Source of the DNA: a virus
Lineage: Duplodnaviria > Heunggongvirae > Uroviricota > Caudoviricetes
DNA length: 64,000 bases
Strand: one strand, 5' to 3'
Virus record (IMG/VR): IMGVR_UViG_2861074659_000002
The stretch's first letter is position 1. Each line of letters starts with the position of its first letter. A program made the position numbers and the translations under genes. Positions 10,275 to 24,639 of the stretch are shown piece after piece. A model generated the notes under the pieces. It worked only from the letters and a program-made list of their open reading frames with translations. It was not told where the DNA came from and ran no database searches.

Positions 10275-11074
10275 CGGGCAAAGAGGCAATTATTCATTAC
10301 CTGGGGACGCATAATAGCTTCTGTGCGCCGGACGTTGCCGCGCTAACAGGCGCAACAGTAACCAGCATAAATCAGGCCGCGGCTAAAATGGCACGGGCAG
10401 GTCTTCTGGTTATCGAAGGTAAGGTCTGGCGAACGGTGTATTACCGGTTTGCTACCAGGGAAGAACGGGAAGGAAAGATGAGCACGAACCTGATGAACAA
10501 ACTGGATACGATTGGATTCGACAACAAAAAAGACCTGCTTATCTCGGTGGGCGATTTGGTTGATCGTGGTGCAGAGAACGTTGAATGCCTGGAATTAATC
10601 ACATTCCCCTGGTTCAGAGCTGTACGTGGAAACCATGAGCAAATGATGATTGATGGCTTATCAGAGCGTGGAAACGTTAATCACTGGCTGCTTAATGGCG
10701 GTGGCTGGTTCTTTAATCTCGATTACGACAAAGAAATTCTGGCTAAAGCTCTTGCCCATAAAGCAGATGAACTTCCGTTAATCATCGAACTGGTGAGCAA
10801 AGATAAAAAATATGTTATCTGCCACGCCGATTATCCCTTTGACGAATACGAGTTTGGAAAGCCAGTTGATCATCAGCAGGTAATCTGGAACCGCGAACGA
10901 ATCAGCAACTCACAAAACGGGATCGTGAAAGAAATCAAAGGCGCGGACACGTTCATCTTTGGTCATACGCCAGCAGTGAAACCACTCAAGTTTGCCAACC
11001 AAATGTATATCGATACCGGCGCAGTGTTCTGCGGAAACCTAACATTGATTCAGGTACAGGGAGAAGGCGCATGA
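10271..11074 (+). CDS. Ren-NinI fusion created by nin5-type deletion; C-terminal part is Ser/Thr protein phosphatase (lambda PPase) with GDxVDRG and GNHE motifs
   Basis: N-terminus [27 protein letters not shown] (Ren) joined in frame to ...[36 protein letters not shown]...RGNHE (NinI/orf221). Confidence 0.85.
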
Positions 11075-11694
11075 GACTCGAAAGCGTAGCTAAATTTCAT
11101 TCGCCAAAAAGCCCGATGATGAGCGACTCACCACGGGCCACGGCTTCTGACTCTCTTTCCGGTACTGATGTGATGGCTGCTATGGGGATGGCGCAATCAC
11201 AAGCCGGATTCGGTATGGCTGCATTCTGCGGTAAGCACGAACTCAGCCAGAACGACAAACAAAAGGCTATCAACTATCTGATGCAATTTGCACACAAGGT
11301 ATCGGGGAAATACCGTGGTGTGGCATATCTTGAAGGAAATACTAAGGCAAAGGTACTGCAAGTGCTCGCAACATTCGCTTATGCGGATTATTGCCGTAGT
11401 GCCGCGACGCCGGGGGCAAGATGCAGAGATTGCCATGGTACAGGCCGTGCGGTTGATATTGCCAAAACAGAGCTGTGGGGGAGAGTTGTCGAGAAAGAGT
11501 GCGGAAGATGCAAAGGCGTCGGCTATTCAAGGATGCCAGCAAGCGCAGCATATCGCGCTGTGACGATGCTAATCCCAAACCTTACCCAACCCACCTGGTC
11601 ACGCACTGTTAAGCCGCTGTATGACGCTCTGGTGGTGCAATGCCACAAAGAAGAGTCAATCGCAGACAACATTTTGAATGCGGTCACACGTTAG
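11071..11694 (+). CDS. Q: Late gene antiterminator Q (207 aa)
   Basis: Length/position and sequence match lambda Q. Confidence 0.9.
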
Positions 11695-11736
11695 CAGCAT
11701 GATTGCCACGGATGGCAACATATTAACGGCATGATA

Positions 11737-11766
11737 TTGACTTATTGAATAAAATTGGGTAAATTT
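11737..11766 (+). promoter_or_regulatory. Late promoter pR' (-35 TTGACT 11737..11742, -10 TAAATT 11760..11765, 17-bp spacer), with qut region
   Basis: Consensus-like sigma70 hexamers downstream of Q and about 190 nt upstream of tR'. Confidence 0.65.
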
Positions 11767-11805
11767 GACTCAACGATGGGTTAATTCGCTCGTTGTGGTA
11801 GTGAG

Positions 11806-12000
11806 ATGAAAAGAGGCGGCGCTTACTACCGATTCCGCCTAGTTGGTCACTTCGACGTATCGTCTGGAACTCCAACCATCGCAGGCAGAGAGGTCTGCAA
11901 AATGCAATCCCGAAACAGTTCGCAGGTAATAGTTAGAGCCTGCATAACGGTTTCGGGATTTTTTATATCTGCACAACAGGTAAGAGCATTGAGTCGATAA
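11806..12000 (+). CDS. Hypothetical orf-64 overlapping 6S leader RNA region
   Basis: 64-aa ORF at lambda orf-64 position; coding status doubtful. Confidence 0.3.
   Translation: MKRGGAYYRFRLVGHFDVSSGTPTIAGREVCKMQSRNSSQVIVRACITVSGFFISAQQVRALSR
11905..11966 (+). terminator. tR' terminator (3' end of 6S RNA): stem AATCCCGAAAC...GTTTCGGGATT followed by T-run
   Basis: Long GC-containing hairpin followed by TTTTTTA. Confidence 0.65.
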
Positions 12001-12370
12001 TCGTGAAGAGTCGGCGAGCCTGGTTAGCCAGTGCTCTTTCCGTTGTGCTGAATTAAGCGAATACCGGAAGCAGAACCGGATCACCAAATGCGTACAGGCG
12101 TCATCGCCGCCCAGCAACAGCACAACCCAAACTGAGCCGTAGCCACTGTCTGTCCTGAATTCATTAGTAATAGTTACGCTGCGGCCTTTTACACATGACC
12201 TTCGTGAAAGCGGGTGGCAGGAGGTCGCGCTAACAACCTCCTGCCGTTTTGCCCGTGCATATCGGTCACGAACAAATCTGATTACTAAACACAGTAGCCT
12301 GGATTTGTTCTATCAGTAATCGACCTTATTCCTAATTAAATAGAGCAAATCCCCTTATTGGGGGTAAGAC

Positions 12371-12694
12371 ATGAAGATGCCAGAAAAACATGACCTGTTG
12401 GCCGCCATTCTCGCGGCAAAGGAACAAGGCATCGGGGCAATCCTTGCGTTTGCAATGGCGTACCTTCGCGGCAGATATAATGGCGGTGCGTTTACAAAAA
12501 CAGTAATCGACGCAACGATGTGCGCCATTATCGCCTGGTTCATTCGTGACCTTCTCGACTTCGCCGGACTAAGTAGCAATCTCGCTTATATAACGAGCGT
12601 GTTTATCGGCTACATCGGTACTGACTCGATTGGTTCGCTTATCAAACGCTTCGCTGCTAAAAAAGCCGGAGTAGAAGATGGTAGAAATCAATAA
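12371..12694 (+). CDS. S: Holin/antiholin S (S107 from Met1; S105 holin from Met3 at 12377), wild type
   Basis: [34 protein letters not shown]...; dual-start MKM motif; Trp56 codon intact. Confidence 0.95.
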   Translation: MKMPEKHDLLAAILAAKEQGIGAILAFAMAYLRGRYNGGAFTKTVIDATMCAIIAWFIRDLLDFAGLSSNLAYITSVFIGYIGTDSIGSLIKRFAAKKAGVEDGRNQ

Positions 12695-13154
12695 TCAACG
12701 TAAGGCGTTCCTCGATATGCTGGCGTGGTCGGAGGGAACTGATAACGGACGTCAGAAAACCAGAAATCATGGTTATGACGTCATTGTAGGCGGAGAGCTA
12801 TTCACTGATTACTCCGATCACCCTCGCAAACTTGTCACGCTAAACCCAAAACTCAAATCAACAGGCGCCGGACGCTACCAGCTTCTTTCCCGTTGGTGGG
12901 ATGCCTACCGCAAGCAGCTTGGCCTGAAAGACTTCTCTCCGAAAAGTCAGGACGCTGTGGCATTGCAGCAGATTAAGGAGCGTGGCGCTTTACCTATGAT
13001 TGATCGTGGTGATATCCGTCAGGCAATCGACCGTTGCAGCAATATCTGGGCTTCACTGCCGGGCGCTGGTTATGGTCAGTTCGAGCATAAGGCTGACAGC
13101 CTGATTGCAAAATTCAAAGAAGCGGGCGGAACGGTCAGAGAGATTGATGTATGA
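12678..13154 (+). CDS. R: Endolysin R (lytic transglycosylase, 158 aa)
   Basis: [28 protein letters not shown]... matches lambda R. Confidence 0.95.
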   Translation: MVEINNQRKAFLDMLAWSEGTDNGRQKTRNHGYDVIVGGELFTDYSDHPRKLVTLNPKLKSTGAGRYQLLSRWWDAYRKQLGLKDFSPKSQDAVALQQIKERGALPMIDRGDIRQAIDRCSNIWASLPGAGYGQFEHKADSLIAKFKEAGGTVREIDV

Positions 13155-13612
13155 GCAGAGTCACCGCGATTATCTCCGCTCTGGTTATCTGCATCATCGT
13201 CTGCCTGTCATGGGCTGTTAATCATTACCGTGATAACGCCATTACCTACAAAGCCCAGCGCGACAAAAATGCCAGAGAACTGAAGCTGGCGAACGCGGCA
13301 ATTACTGACATGCAGATGCGTCAGCGTGATGTTGCTGCGCTCGATGCAAAATACACGAAGGAGTTAGCTGATGCTAAAGCTGAAAATGATGCTCTGCGTG
13401 ATGATGTTGCCGCTGGTCGTCGTCGGTTGCACATCAAAGCAGTCTGTCAGTCAGTGCGTGAAGCCACCACCGCCTCCGGCGTGGATAATGCAGCCTCCCC
13501 CCGACTGGCAGACACCGCTGAACGGGATTATTTCACCCTCAGAGAGAGGCTGATCACTATGCAAAAACAACTGGAAGGAACCCAGAAGTATATTAATGAG
13601 CAGTGCAGATAG
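13151..13612 (+). CDS. Rz: Spanin inner-membrane subunit Rz (153 aa)
   Basis: Matches lambda Rz. Confidence 0.9.
   Translation: MSRVTAIISALVICIIVCLSWAVNHYRDNAITYKAQRDKNARELKLANAAITDMQMRQRDVAALDAKYTKELADAKAENDALRDDVAAGRRRLHIKAVCQSVREATTASGVDNAASPRLADTAERDYFTLRERLITMQKQLEGTQKYINEQCR
13371..13553 (+). CDS. Rz1: Spanin outer-membrane lipoprotein Rz1 (60 aa), embedded in +1 frame of Rz
   Basis: [23 protein letters not shown]... lipobox LVVVGC, proline-rich. Confidence 0.85.
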   Translation: MLKLKMMLCVMMLPLVVVGCTSKQSVSQCVKPPPPPAWIMQPPPDWQTPLNGIISPSERG

Positions 13613-13643
13613 AGCTGACCATATCGATGGGCAACTCATGCAA

Positions 13644-13937
13644 TTATTTTGAGCAATACACACGCGCTTCCAGCGGAGTATAAATGCCTAAAGTAATAAA
13701 ACCGAGCAATCCATTTACGAATGTTTGCTGGGTTTCTGTTTTAACAACATTTTCTGCGCCGCCACAAATTTTAGCTGCATCGACAGTTTTCTTCTGCCCA
13801 ATTCCAGAAACGAAGAAATGATGGGTGATGGTTTCCTTTGGTGCTACTGCTGCCGGTTTGTTTTGAACAGTAAACGTCTGTTGAGCACATCCTGTAATAA
13901 GCAGGGCCAGCGCAGTAGCGAGTAGCATTTTTTTCAT
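13644..13937 (-). CDS. bor: Bor lipoprotein (serum resistance, 97 aa)
   Basis: MKKMLLATALALLITGCAQQ... lipobox; matches lambda Bor. Confidence 0.9.
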   Translation of the reverse strand: MKKMLLATALALLITGCAQQTFTVQNKPAAVAPKETITHHFFVSGIGQKKTVDAAKICGGAENVVKTETQQTFVNGLLGFITLGIYTPLEARVYCSK

Positions 13938-14226
13938 GGTGTTATTCCCGATGCTTTTTGAAGTTCGCAGAATCGTATGTGTAGAAAATTAAACAAACCC
14001 TAAACAATGAGTTGAAATTTCATATTGTTAATATTTATTAATGTATGTCAGGTGCGATGAATCGTCATTGTATTCCCGGATTAACTATGTCCACAGCCCT
14101 GACGGGGAACTTCTCTGCGGGAGTGTCCGGGAATAATTAAAACGATGCACACAGGGTTTAGCGCGTACACGTATTGCATTATGCCAACGCCCCGGTGCTG
14201 ACACGGAAGAAACCGGACGTTATGAT

Positions 14227-14760
14227 TTAGCGTGGAAAGATTTGTGTAGTGTTCTGAATGCTCTCAGTAAATAGTAATGAATTATCAAAGGTATAGTAAT
14301 ATCTTTTATGTTCATGGATATTTGTAACCCATCGGAAAACTCCTGCTTTAGCAAGATTTTCCCTGTATTGCTGAAATGTGATTTCTCTTGATTTCAACCT
14401 ATCATAGGACGTTTCTATAAGATGCGTGTTTCTTGAGAATTTAACATTTACAACCTTTTTAAGTCCTTTTATTAACACGGTGTTATCGTTTTCTAACACG
14501 ATGTGAATATTATCTGTGGCTAGATAGTAAATATAATGTGAGACGTTGTGACGTTTTAGTTCAGAATAAAACAATTCACAGTCTAAATCTTTTCGCACTT
14601 GATCGAATATTTCTTTAAAAATGGCAACCTGAGCCATTGGTAAAACCTTCCATGTGATACGAGGGCGCGTAGTTTGCATTATCGTTTTTATCGTTTCAAT
14701 CTGGTCTGACCTCCTTGTGTTTTGTTGATGATTTATGTCAAATATTAGGAATGTTTTCAC
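14227..14760 (-). CDS. Hypothetical protein (lambda p78-like, 177 aa)
   Basis: ORF at lambda p78 position between bor and cos. Confidence 0.6.
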   Translation of the reverse strand: MKTFLIFDINHQQNTRRSDQIETIKTIMQTTRPRITWKVLPMAQVAIFKEIFDQVRKDLDCELFYSELKRHNVSHYIYYLATDNIHIVLENDNTVLIKGLKKVVNVKFSRNTHLIETSYDRLKSREITFQQYRENLAKAGVFRWVTNIHEHKRYYYTFDNSLLFTESIQNTTQIFPR

Positions 14761-14922
14761 TTAATAGTATTGGTTGCGTAACAAAGTGCGGTCCTGCTGG
14801 CATTCTGGAGGGAAATACAACCGACAGATGTATGTAAGGCCAACGTGCTCAAATCTTCATACAGAAAGATTTGAAGTAATATTTTAACCGCTAGATGAAG
14901 AGCAAGCGCATGGAGCGACAAA

Positions 14923-15129
14923 ATGAATAAAGAACAATCTGCTGATGATCCCTCCGTGGATCTGATTCGTGTAAAAAATATGCTTAATAGCACCATTTCT
15001 ATGAGTTACCCTGATGTTGTAATTGCATGTATAGAACATAAGGTGTCTCTGGAAGCATTCAGAGCAATTGAGGCAGCGTTGGTGAAGCACGATAATAATA
15101 TGAAGGATTATTCCCTGGTGGTTGACTGA
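14923..15129 (+). CDS. Hypothetical protein (lambda p79-like, 68 aa)
   Basis: ORF at lambda p79 position. Confidence 0.4.
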
Positions 15130-15293
15130 TCACCATAACTGCTAATCATTCAAACTATTTAGTCTGTGACAGAGCCAACACGCAGTCTGTCACTGTCAGG
15201 AAAGTGGTAAAACTGCAACTCAATTACTGCAATGCCCTCGTAATTAAGTGAATTTACAATATCGTCCTGTTCGGAGGGAAGAACGCGGGATGT

Positions 15294-15488
15294 TCATTCT
15301 TCATCACTTTTAATTGATGTATATGCTCTCTTTTCTGACGTTAGTCTCCGACGGCAGGCTTCAATGACCCAGGCTGAGAAATTCCCGGACCCTTTTTGCT
15401 CAAGAGCGATGTTAATTTGTTCAATCATTTGGTTAGGAAAGCGGATGTTGCGGGTTGTTGTTCTGCGGGTTCTGTTCTTCGTTGACAT
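15294..15488 (-). CDS. Putative small ribbon-helix-helix DNA-binding protein (64 aa)
   Basis: RNIRFPNQMIEQINIALEQKG...FSAWVIEACRRRL pattern resembles Arc/CopG RHH fold; about 200 bp from cos. Confidence 0.35.
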   Translation of the reverse strand: MSTKNRTRRTTTRNIRFPNQMIEQINIALEQKGSGNFSAWVIEACRRRLTSEKRAYTSIKSDEE

Positions 15489-15675
15489 GAGGTTGCCCCG
15501 TATTCAGTGTCGCTGATTTGTATTGTCTGAAGTTGTTTTTACGTTAAGTTGATGCAGATCAATTAATACGATACCTGCGTCATAATTGATTATTTGACGT
15601 GGTTTGATGGCCTCCACGCACGTTGTGATATGTAGATGATAATCATTATCACTTTACGGGTCCTTTCCGGTGATC

Positions 15676-15699
15676 CGACAGGTTACGGGGCGGCGACCT
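15676..15699. other. cos: cos site (cosN); right end ...CAGGTTACG joined to left-end 12-nt cohesive sequence GGGCGGCGACCT
   Basis: Exact lambda cohesive-end sequence at 15688..15699 followed by Nu1 190 nt downstream. Confidence 0.9.
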
Positions 15700-15876
15700 C
15701 GCGGGTTTTCGCTATTTATGAAAATTTTCCGGTTTAAGGCGTTTCCGTTCTTCTTCGTCATAACTTAATGTTTTTATTTAAAATACCCTCTGAAAAGAAA
15801 GGAAACGACAGGTGCTGAAAGCGAGCTTTTTGGCCTCTGTCGTTTCCTTTCTCTGTTTTTGTCCGTGGAATGAACA

Positions 15877-16396
15877 ATGGAAGTCAACAAAAAGCAGCTG
15901 GCTGACATTTTCGGTGCGAGTATCCGTACCATTCAGAACTGGCAGGAACAGGGAATGCCCGTTCTGCGAGGCGGTGGCAAGGGTAATGAGGTGCTTTATG
16001 ACTCTGCCGCCGTCATAAAATGGTATGCCGAAAGGGATGCTGAAATTGAGAACGAAAAGCTGCGCCGGGAGGTTGAAGAACTGCGGCAGGCCAGCGAGGC
16101 AGATCTCCAGCCAGGAACTATTGAGTACGAACGCCATCGACTTACGCGTGCGCAGGCCGACGCACAGGAACTGAAGAATGCCAGAGACTCCGCTGAAGTG
16201 GTGGAAACCGCATTCTGTACTTTCGTGCTGTCGCGGATCGCAGGTGAAATTGCCAGTATTCTCGACGGGCTCCCCCTGTCGGTGCAGCGGCGTTTTCCGG
16301 AACTGGAAAACCGACATGTTGATTTCCTGAAACGGGATATCATCAAAGCCATGAACAAAGCAGCCGCGCTGGATGAACTGATACCGGGGTTGCTGA

Positions 16397-16422
<26 letters not shown>
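15877..16422 (+). CDS. nu1: Terminase small subunit Nu1 (181 aa)
   Basis: MEVNKKQLADIFGASIRTIQNWQEQGMPV... matches lambda Nu1. Confidence 0.95.
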
Positions 16423-20103
<3,681 letters not shown>

Positions 20104-20123
<20 letters not shown>

Positions 20124-21422
20124 TCTCCCGCATATTGCCAGCATGGCCTTTAATGAGCCGCTGATGCTTGAACCCGCCTATGCGCGGGTTTTCTTTTGTG
20201 CGCTTGCAGGCCAGCTTGGGATCAGCAGCCTGACGGATGCGGTGTCCGGCGACAGCCTGACTGCCCAGGAGGCACTCGCGACGCTGGCATTATCCGGTGA
20301 TGATGACGGACCACGACAGGCCCGCAGTTATCAGGTCATGAACGGCATCGCCGTGCTGCCGGTGTCCGGCACGCTGGTCAGCCGGACGCGGGCGCTGCAG
20401 CCGTACTCGGGGATGACCGGTTACAACGGCATTATCGCCCGTCTGCAACAGGCTGCCAGCGATCCGATGGTGGACGGCATTCTGCTCGATATGGACACGC
20501 CCGGCGGGATGGTGGCGGGGGCATTTGACTGCGCTGACATCATCGCCCGTGTGCGTGACATAAAACCGGTATGGGCGCTTGCCAACGACATGAACTGCAG
20601 TGCAGGTCAGTTGCTTGCCAGTGCCGCCTCCCGGCGTCTGGTCACGCAGACCGCCCGGACAGGCTCCATCGGCGTCATGATGGCTCACAGTAATTACGGT
20701 GCTGCGCTGGAGAAACAGGGTGTGGAAATCACGCTGATTTACAGCGGCAGCCATAAGGTGGATGGCAACCCCTACAGCCATCTTCCGGATGACGTCCGGG
20801 AGACACTGCAGTCCCGGATGGACGCAACCCGCCAGATGTTTGCGCAGAAGGTGTCGGCATATACCGGCCTGTCCGTGCAGGTTGTGCTGGATACCGAGGC
20901 TGCAGTGTACAGCGGTCAGGAGGCCATTGATGCCGGACTGGCTGATGAACTTGTTAACAGCACCGATGCGATCACCGTCATGCGTGATGCACTGGATGCA
21001 CGTAAATCCCGTCTCTCAGGAGGGCGAATGACCAAAGAGACTCAATCAACAACTGTTTCAGCCACTGCTTCGCAGGCTGACGTTACTGACGTGGTGCCAG
21101 CGACGGAGGGCGAGAACGCCAGCGCGGCGCAGCCGGACGTGAACGCGCAGATCACCGCAGCGGTTGCGGCAGAAAACAGCCGCATTATGGGGATCTCAAC
21201 TGTGAGGAGGCTCACGGACGCGAAGAACAGGCACGCGTGCTGGCAGAAACCCCCGGTATGACCGTGAAAACGGCCCGCCGCATTCTGGCCGCAGCACCAC
21301 AGAGTGCACAGGCGCGCAGTGACACTGCGCTGGATCGTCTGATGCAGGGGGCACCGGCACCGCTGGCTGCAGGTAACCCGGCATCTGATGCCGTTAACGA
21401 TTTGCTGAACACACCAGTGTAA
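20104..21422 (+). pseudogene. C: Prohead protease C with nested scaffold Nu3; frameshifted by 1-bp deletion at 21191..21196
   Basis: GTG start at 20104; after ...AENSRIMGI the frame ends at 21261 while the C/Nu3 C-terminus (LAETPGMTVKTARRILAAAP...DLLNTPV) continues in another frame to 21422. Confidence 0.8.
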
Positions 21423-21431
21423 GGGATGTTT

Positions 21432-21764
21432 ATGACGAGCAAAGAAACCTTTACCCATTACCAGCCGCAGGGCAACAGTGACCCGGCTCATACCGCAACC
21501 GCGCCCGGCGGATTGAGTGCGAAAGCGCCTGCAATGACCCCGCTGATGCTGGACACCTCCAGCCGTAAGCTGGTTGCGTGGGATGGCACCACCGACGGTG
21601 CTGCCGTTGGCATTCTTGCGGTTGCTGCTGACCAGACCAGCACCACGCTGACGTTCTACAAGTCCGGCACGTTCCGTTATGAGGATGTGCTCTGGCCGGA
21701 GGCTGCCAGCGACGAGACGAAAAAACGGACCGCGTTTGCCGGAACGGCAATCAGCATCGTTTAA
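21432..21764 (+). CDS. D: Head decoration protein D (110 aa)
   Basis: [52 protein letters not shown]... Confidence 0.95.
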
Positions 21765-21819
21765 CTTTACCCTTCATCACTAAAGGCCGCCTGTGCGGCT
21801 TTTTTTACGGGATTTTTTT

Positions 21820-22845
21820 ATGTCGATGTACACAACCGCCCAACTGCTGGCGGCAAATGAGCAGAAATTTAAGTTTGATCCGCTGTTTCTGCGTCTCTTT
21901 TTCCGTGAGAGCTATCCCTTCACCACGGAGAAAGTCTATCTCTCACAAATTCCGGGACTGGTAAACATGGCGCTGTACGTTTCGCCGATTGTTTCCGGTG
22001 AGGTTATCCGTTCCCGTGGCGGCTCCACCTCTGAATTTACGCCGGGATATGTCAAGCCGAAGCATGAAGTGAATCCGCAGATGACCCTGCGTCGCCTGCC
22101 GGATGAAGATCCGCAGAATCTGGCGGACCCGGCTTACCGCCGCCGTCGCATCATCATGCAGAACATGCGTGACGAAGAGCTGGCCATTGCTCAGGTCGAA
22201 GAGATGCAGGCAGTTTCTGCCGTGCTTAAGGGCAAATACACCATGACCGGTGAAGCCTTCGATCCGGTTGAGGTGGATATGGGCCGCAGTGAGGAGAATA
22301 ACATCACGCAGTCCGGCGGCACGGAGTGGAGCAAGCGTGACAAGTCCACGTATGACCCGACCGACGATATCGAAGCCTACGCGCTGAACGCCAGCGGTGT
22401 GGTGAATATCATCGTGTTCGATCCGAAAGGCTGGGCGCTGTTCCGTTCCTTCAAAGCCGTCAAGGAGAAGCTGGATACCCGTCGTGGCTCTAATTCCGAG
22501 CTGGAGACAGCGGTGAAAGACCTGGGCAAAGCGGTGTCCTATAAGGGGATGTATGGCGATGTGGCCATCGTCGTGTATTCCGGACAGTACGTGGAAAACG
22601 GCGTCAAAAAGAACTTCCTGCCGGACAACACGATGGTGCTGGGGAACACTCAGGCACGCGGTCTGCGCACCTATGGCTGCATTCAGGATGCGGACGCACA
22701 GCGCGAAGGCATTAACGCCTCTGCCCGTTACCCGAAAAACTGGGTGACCACCGGCGATCCGGCGCGTGAGTTCACCATGATTCAGTCAGCACCGCTGATG
22801 CTGCTGGCTGACCCTGATGAGTTCGTGTCCGTACAACTGGCGTAA
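21820..22845 (+). CDS. E: Major capsid protein E (341 aa)
   Basis: MSMYTTAQLLAANEQKFKFDPLFLRLFFRESYPFTTEKVYLSQIPGLVNMALYVSPIVSGEVIRSRGGSTSEF... Confidence 0.95.
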   Translation: MSMYTTAQLLAANEQKFKFDPLFLRLFFRESYPFTTEKVYLSQIPGLVNMALYVSPIVSGEVIRSRGGSTSEFTPGYVKPKHEVNPQMTLRRLPDEDPQNLADPAYRRRRIIMQNMRDEELAIAQVEEMQAVSAVLKGKYTMTGEAFDPVEVDMGRSEENNITQSGGTEWSKRDKSTYDPTDDIEAYALNASGVVNIIVFDPKGWALFRSFKAVKEKLDTRRGSNSELETAVKDLGKAVSYKGMYGDVAIVVYSGQYVENGVKKNFLPDNTMVLGNTQARGLRTYGCIQDADAQREGINASARYPKNWVTTGDPAREFTMIQSAPLMLLADPDEFVSVQLA

Positions 22846-22886
22846 TCATGGCCCTTCGGGGCCATTGTTTCTCTGTGGAGGAGTCC

Positions 22887-23285
22887 ATGACGAAAGATGA
22901 ACTGATTGCCCGTCTCCGCTCGCTGGGTGAACAACTGAACCGTGATGTCAGCCTGACGGGGACGAAAGAAGAACTGGCGCTCCGTGTGGCAGAGCTGAAA
23001 GAGGAGCTTGATGACACGGATGAAACTGCCGGTCAGGACACCCCTCTCAGCCGGGAAAATGTGCTGACCGGACATGAAAATGAGGTGGGATCAGCGCAGC
23101 CGGATACCGTGATTCTGGATACGTCTGAACTGGTCACGGTCGTGGCACTGGTGAAGCTGCATACTGATGCACTTCACGCCACGCGGGATGAACCTGTGGC
23201 ATTTGTGCTGCCGGGAACGGCGTTTCGTGTCTCTGCCGGTGTGGCAGCCGAAATGACAGAGCGCGGCCTGGCCAGAATGCAATAA
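22887..23285 (+). CDS. FI: DNA packaging protein FI (132 aa)
   Basis: MTKDELIARLRSLGEQLNRDVSLTGTKEELALRVAELKEE... Confidence 0.9.
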   Translation: MTKDELIARLRSLGEQLNRDVSLTGTKEELALRVAELKEELDDTDETAGQDTPLSRENVLTGHENEVGSAQPDTVILDTSELVTVVALVKLHTDALHATRDEPVAFVLPGTAFRVSAGVAAEMTERGLARMQ

Positions 23286-23296
23286 CGGGAGGCGCT

Positions 23297-23650
23297 GTGG
23301 CTGATTTCGATAACCTGTTCGATGCTGCCATTGCCCGCGCCGATGAAACGATACGCGGGTACATGGGAACGTCAGCCACCATTACATCCGGTGAGCAGTC
23401 AGGTGCGGTGATACGTGGTGTTTTTGATGACCCTGAAAATATCAGCTATGCCGGACAGGGCGTGCGCGTTGAAGGCTCCAGCCCGTCCCTGTTTGTCCGG
23501 ACTGATGAGGTGCGGCAGCTGCGGCGTGGAGACACGCTGACCATCGGTGAGGAAAATTTCTGGGTAGATCGGGTTTCGCCGGATGATGGCGGAAGTTGTC
23601 ATCTCTGGCTTGGACGGGGCGTACCGCCTGCCGTTAACCGTCGCCGCTGA
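23297..23650 (+). CDS. FII: Head-tail connector FII (117 aa)
   Basis: Matches lambda gpFII. Confidence 0.9.
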   Translation: MADFDNLFDAAIARADETIRGYMGTSATITSGEQSGAVIRGVFDDPENISYAGQGVRVEGSSPSLFVRTDEVRQLRRGDTLTIGEENFWVDRVSPDDGGSCHLWLGRGVPPAVNRRR

Positions 23651-23661
23651 AAGGGGGATGT

Positions 23662-24240
23662 ATGGCCATAAAAGGTCTTGAGCAGGCCGTTGAAAACCTC
23701 AGCCGTATCAGCAAAACGGCGGTGCCTGGTGCCGCCGCAATGGCCATTAACCGCGTTGCTTCATCCGCGATATCGCAGTCGGCGTCACAGGTTGCCCGTG
23801 AGACAAAGGTACGCCGGAAACTGGTAAAGGAAAGGGCCAGGCTGAAAAGGGCCACGGTCAAAAATCCGCAGGCCAGAATCAAAGTTAACCGGGGGGATTT
23901 GCCCGTAATCAAGCTGGGTAATGCGCGGGTTGTCCTTTCGCGCCGCAGGCGTCGTAAAAAGGGGCAGCGTTCATCCCTGAAAGGTGGCGGCAGCGTGCTT
24001 GTGGTGGGTAACCGTCGTATTCCCGGCGCGTTTATTCAGCAACTGAAAAATGGCCGGTGGCATGTCATGCAGCGTGTGGCTGGGAAAAACCGTTACCCCA
24101 TTGATGTGGTGAAAATCCCGATGGCGGTGCCGCTGACCACGGCGTTTAAACAAAATATTGAGCGGATACGGCGTGAACGTCTTCCGAAAGAGCTGGGCTA
24201 TGCGCTGCAGCATCAACTGAGGATGGTAATAAAGCGATGA
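23662..24240 (+). CDS. Z: Tail component Z (192 aa)
   Basis: Matches lambda gpZ. Confidence 0.9.
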   Translation: MAIKGLEQAVENLSRISKTAVPGAAAMAINRVASSAISQSASQVARETKVRRKLVKERARLKRATVKNPQARIKVNRGDLPVIKLGNARVVLSRRRRRKKGQRSSLKGGGSVLVVGNRRIPGAFIQQLKNGRWHVMQRVAGKNRYPIDVVKIPMAVPLTTAFKQNIERIRRERLPKELGYALQHQLRMVIKR

Positions 24241-24632
24241 AACATACTGAACTCCGTGCAGCCGTACTGGATGCACTGGAGAAGCATGACACCGGGGCGA
24301 CGTTTTTTGATGGTCGCCCCGCTGTTTTTGATGAGGCGGATTTTCCGGCAGTTGCCGTTTATCTCACCGGCGCTGAATACACGGGCGAAGAGCTGGACAG
24401 CGATACCTGGCAGGCGGAGCTGCATATCGAAGTTTTCCTGCCTGCTCAGGTGCCGGATTCAGAGCTGGATGCGTGGATGGAGTCCCGGATTTATCCGGTG
24501 ATGAGCGATATCCCGGCACTGTCAGATTTGATCACCAGTATGGTGGCCAGCGGCTATGACTACCGGCGCGACGATGATGCGGGCTTGTGGAGTTCAGCCG
24601 ATCTGACTTATGTCATTACCTATGAAATGTGA
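24237..24632 (+). CDS. U: Tail tube terminator U (131 aa)
   Basis: Matches lambda gpU. Confidence 0.9.
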
Positions 24633-24639
24633 GGACGCT

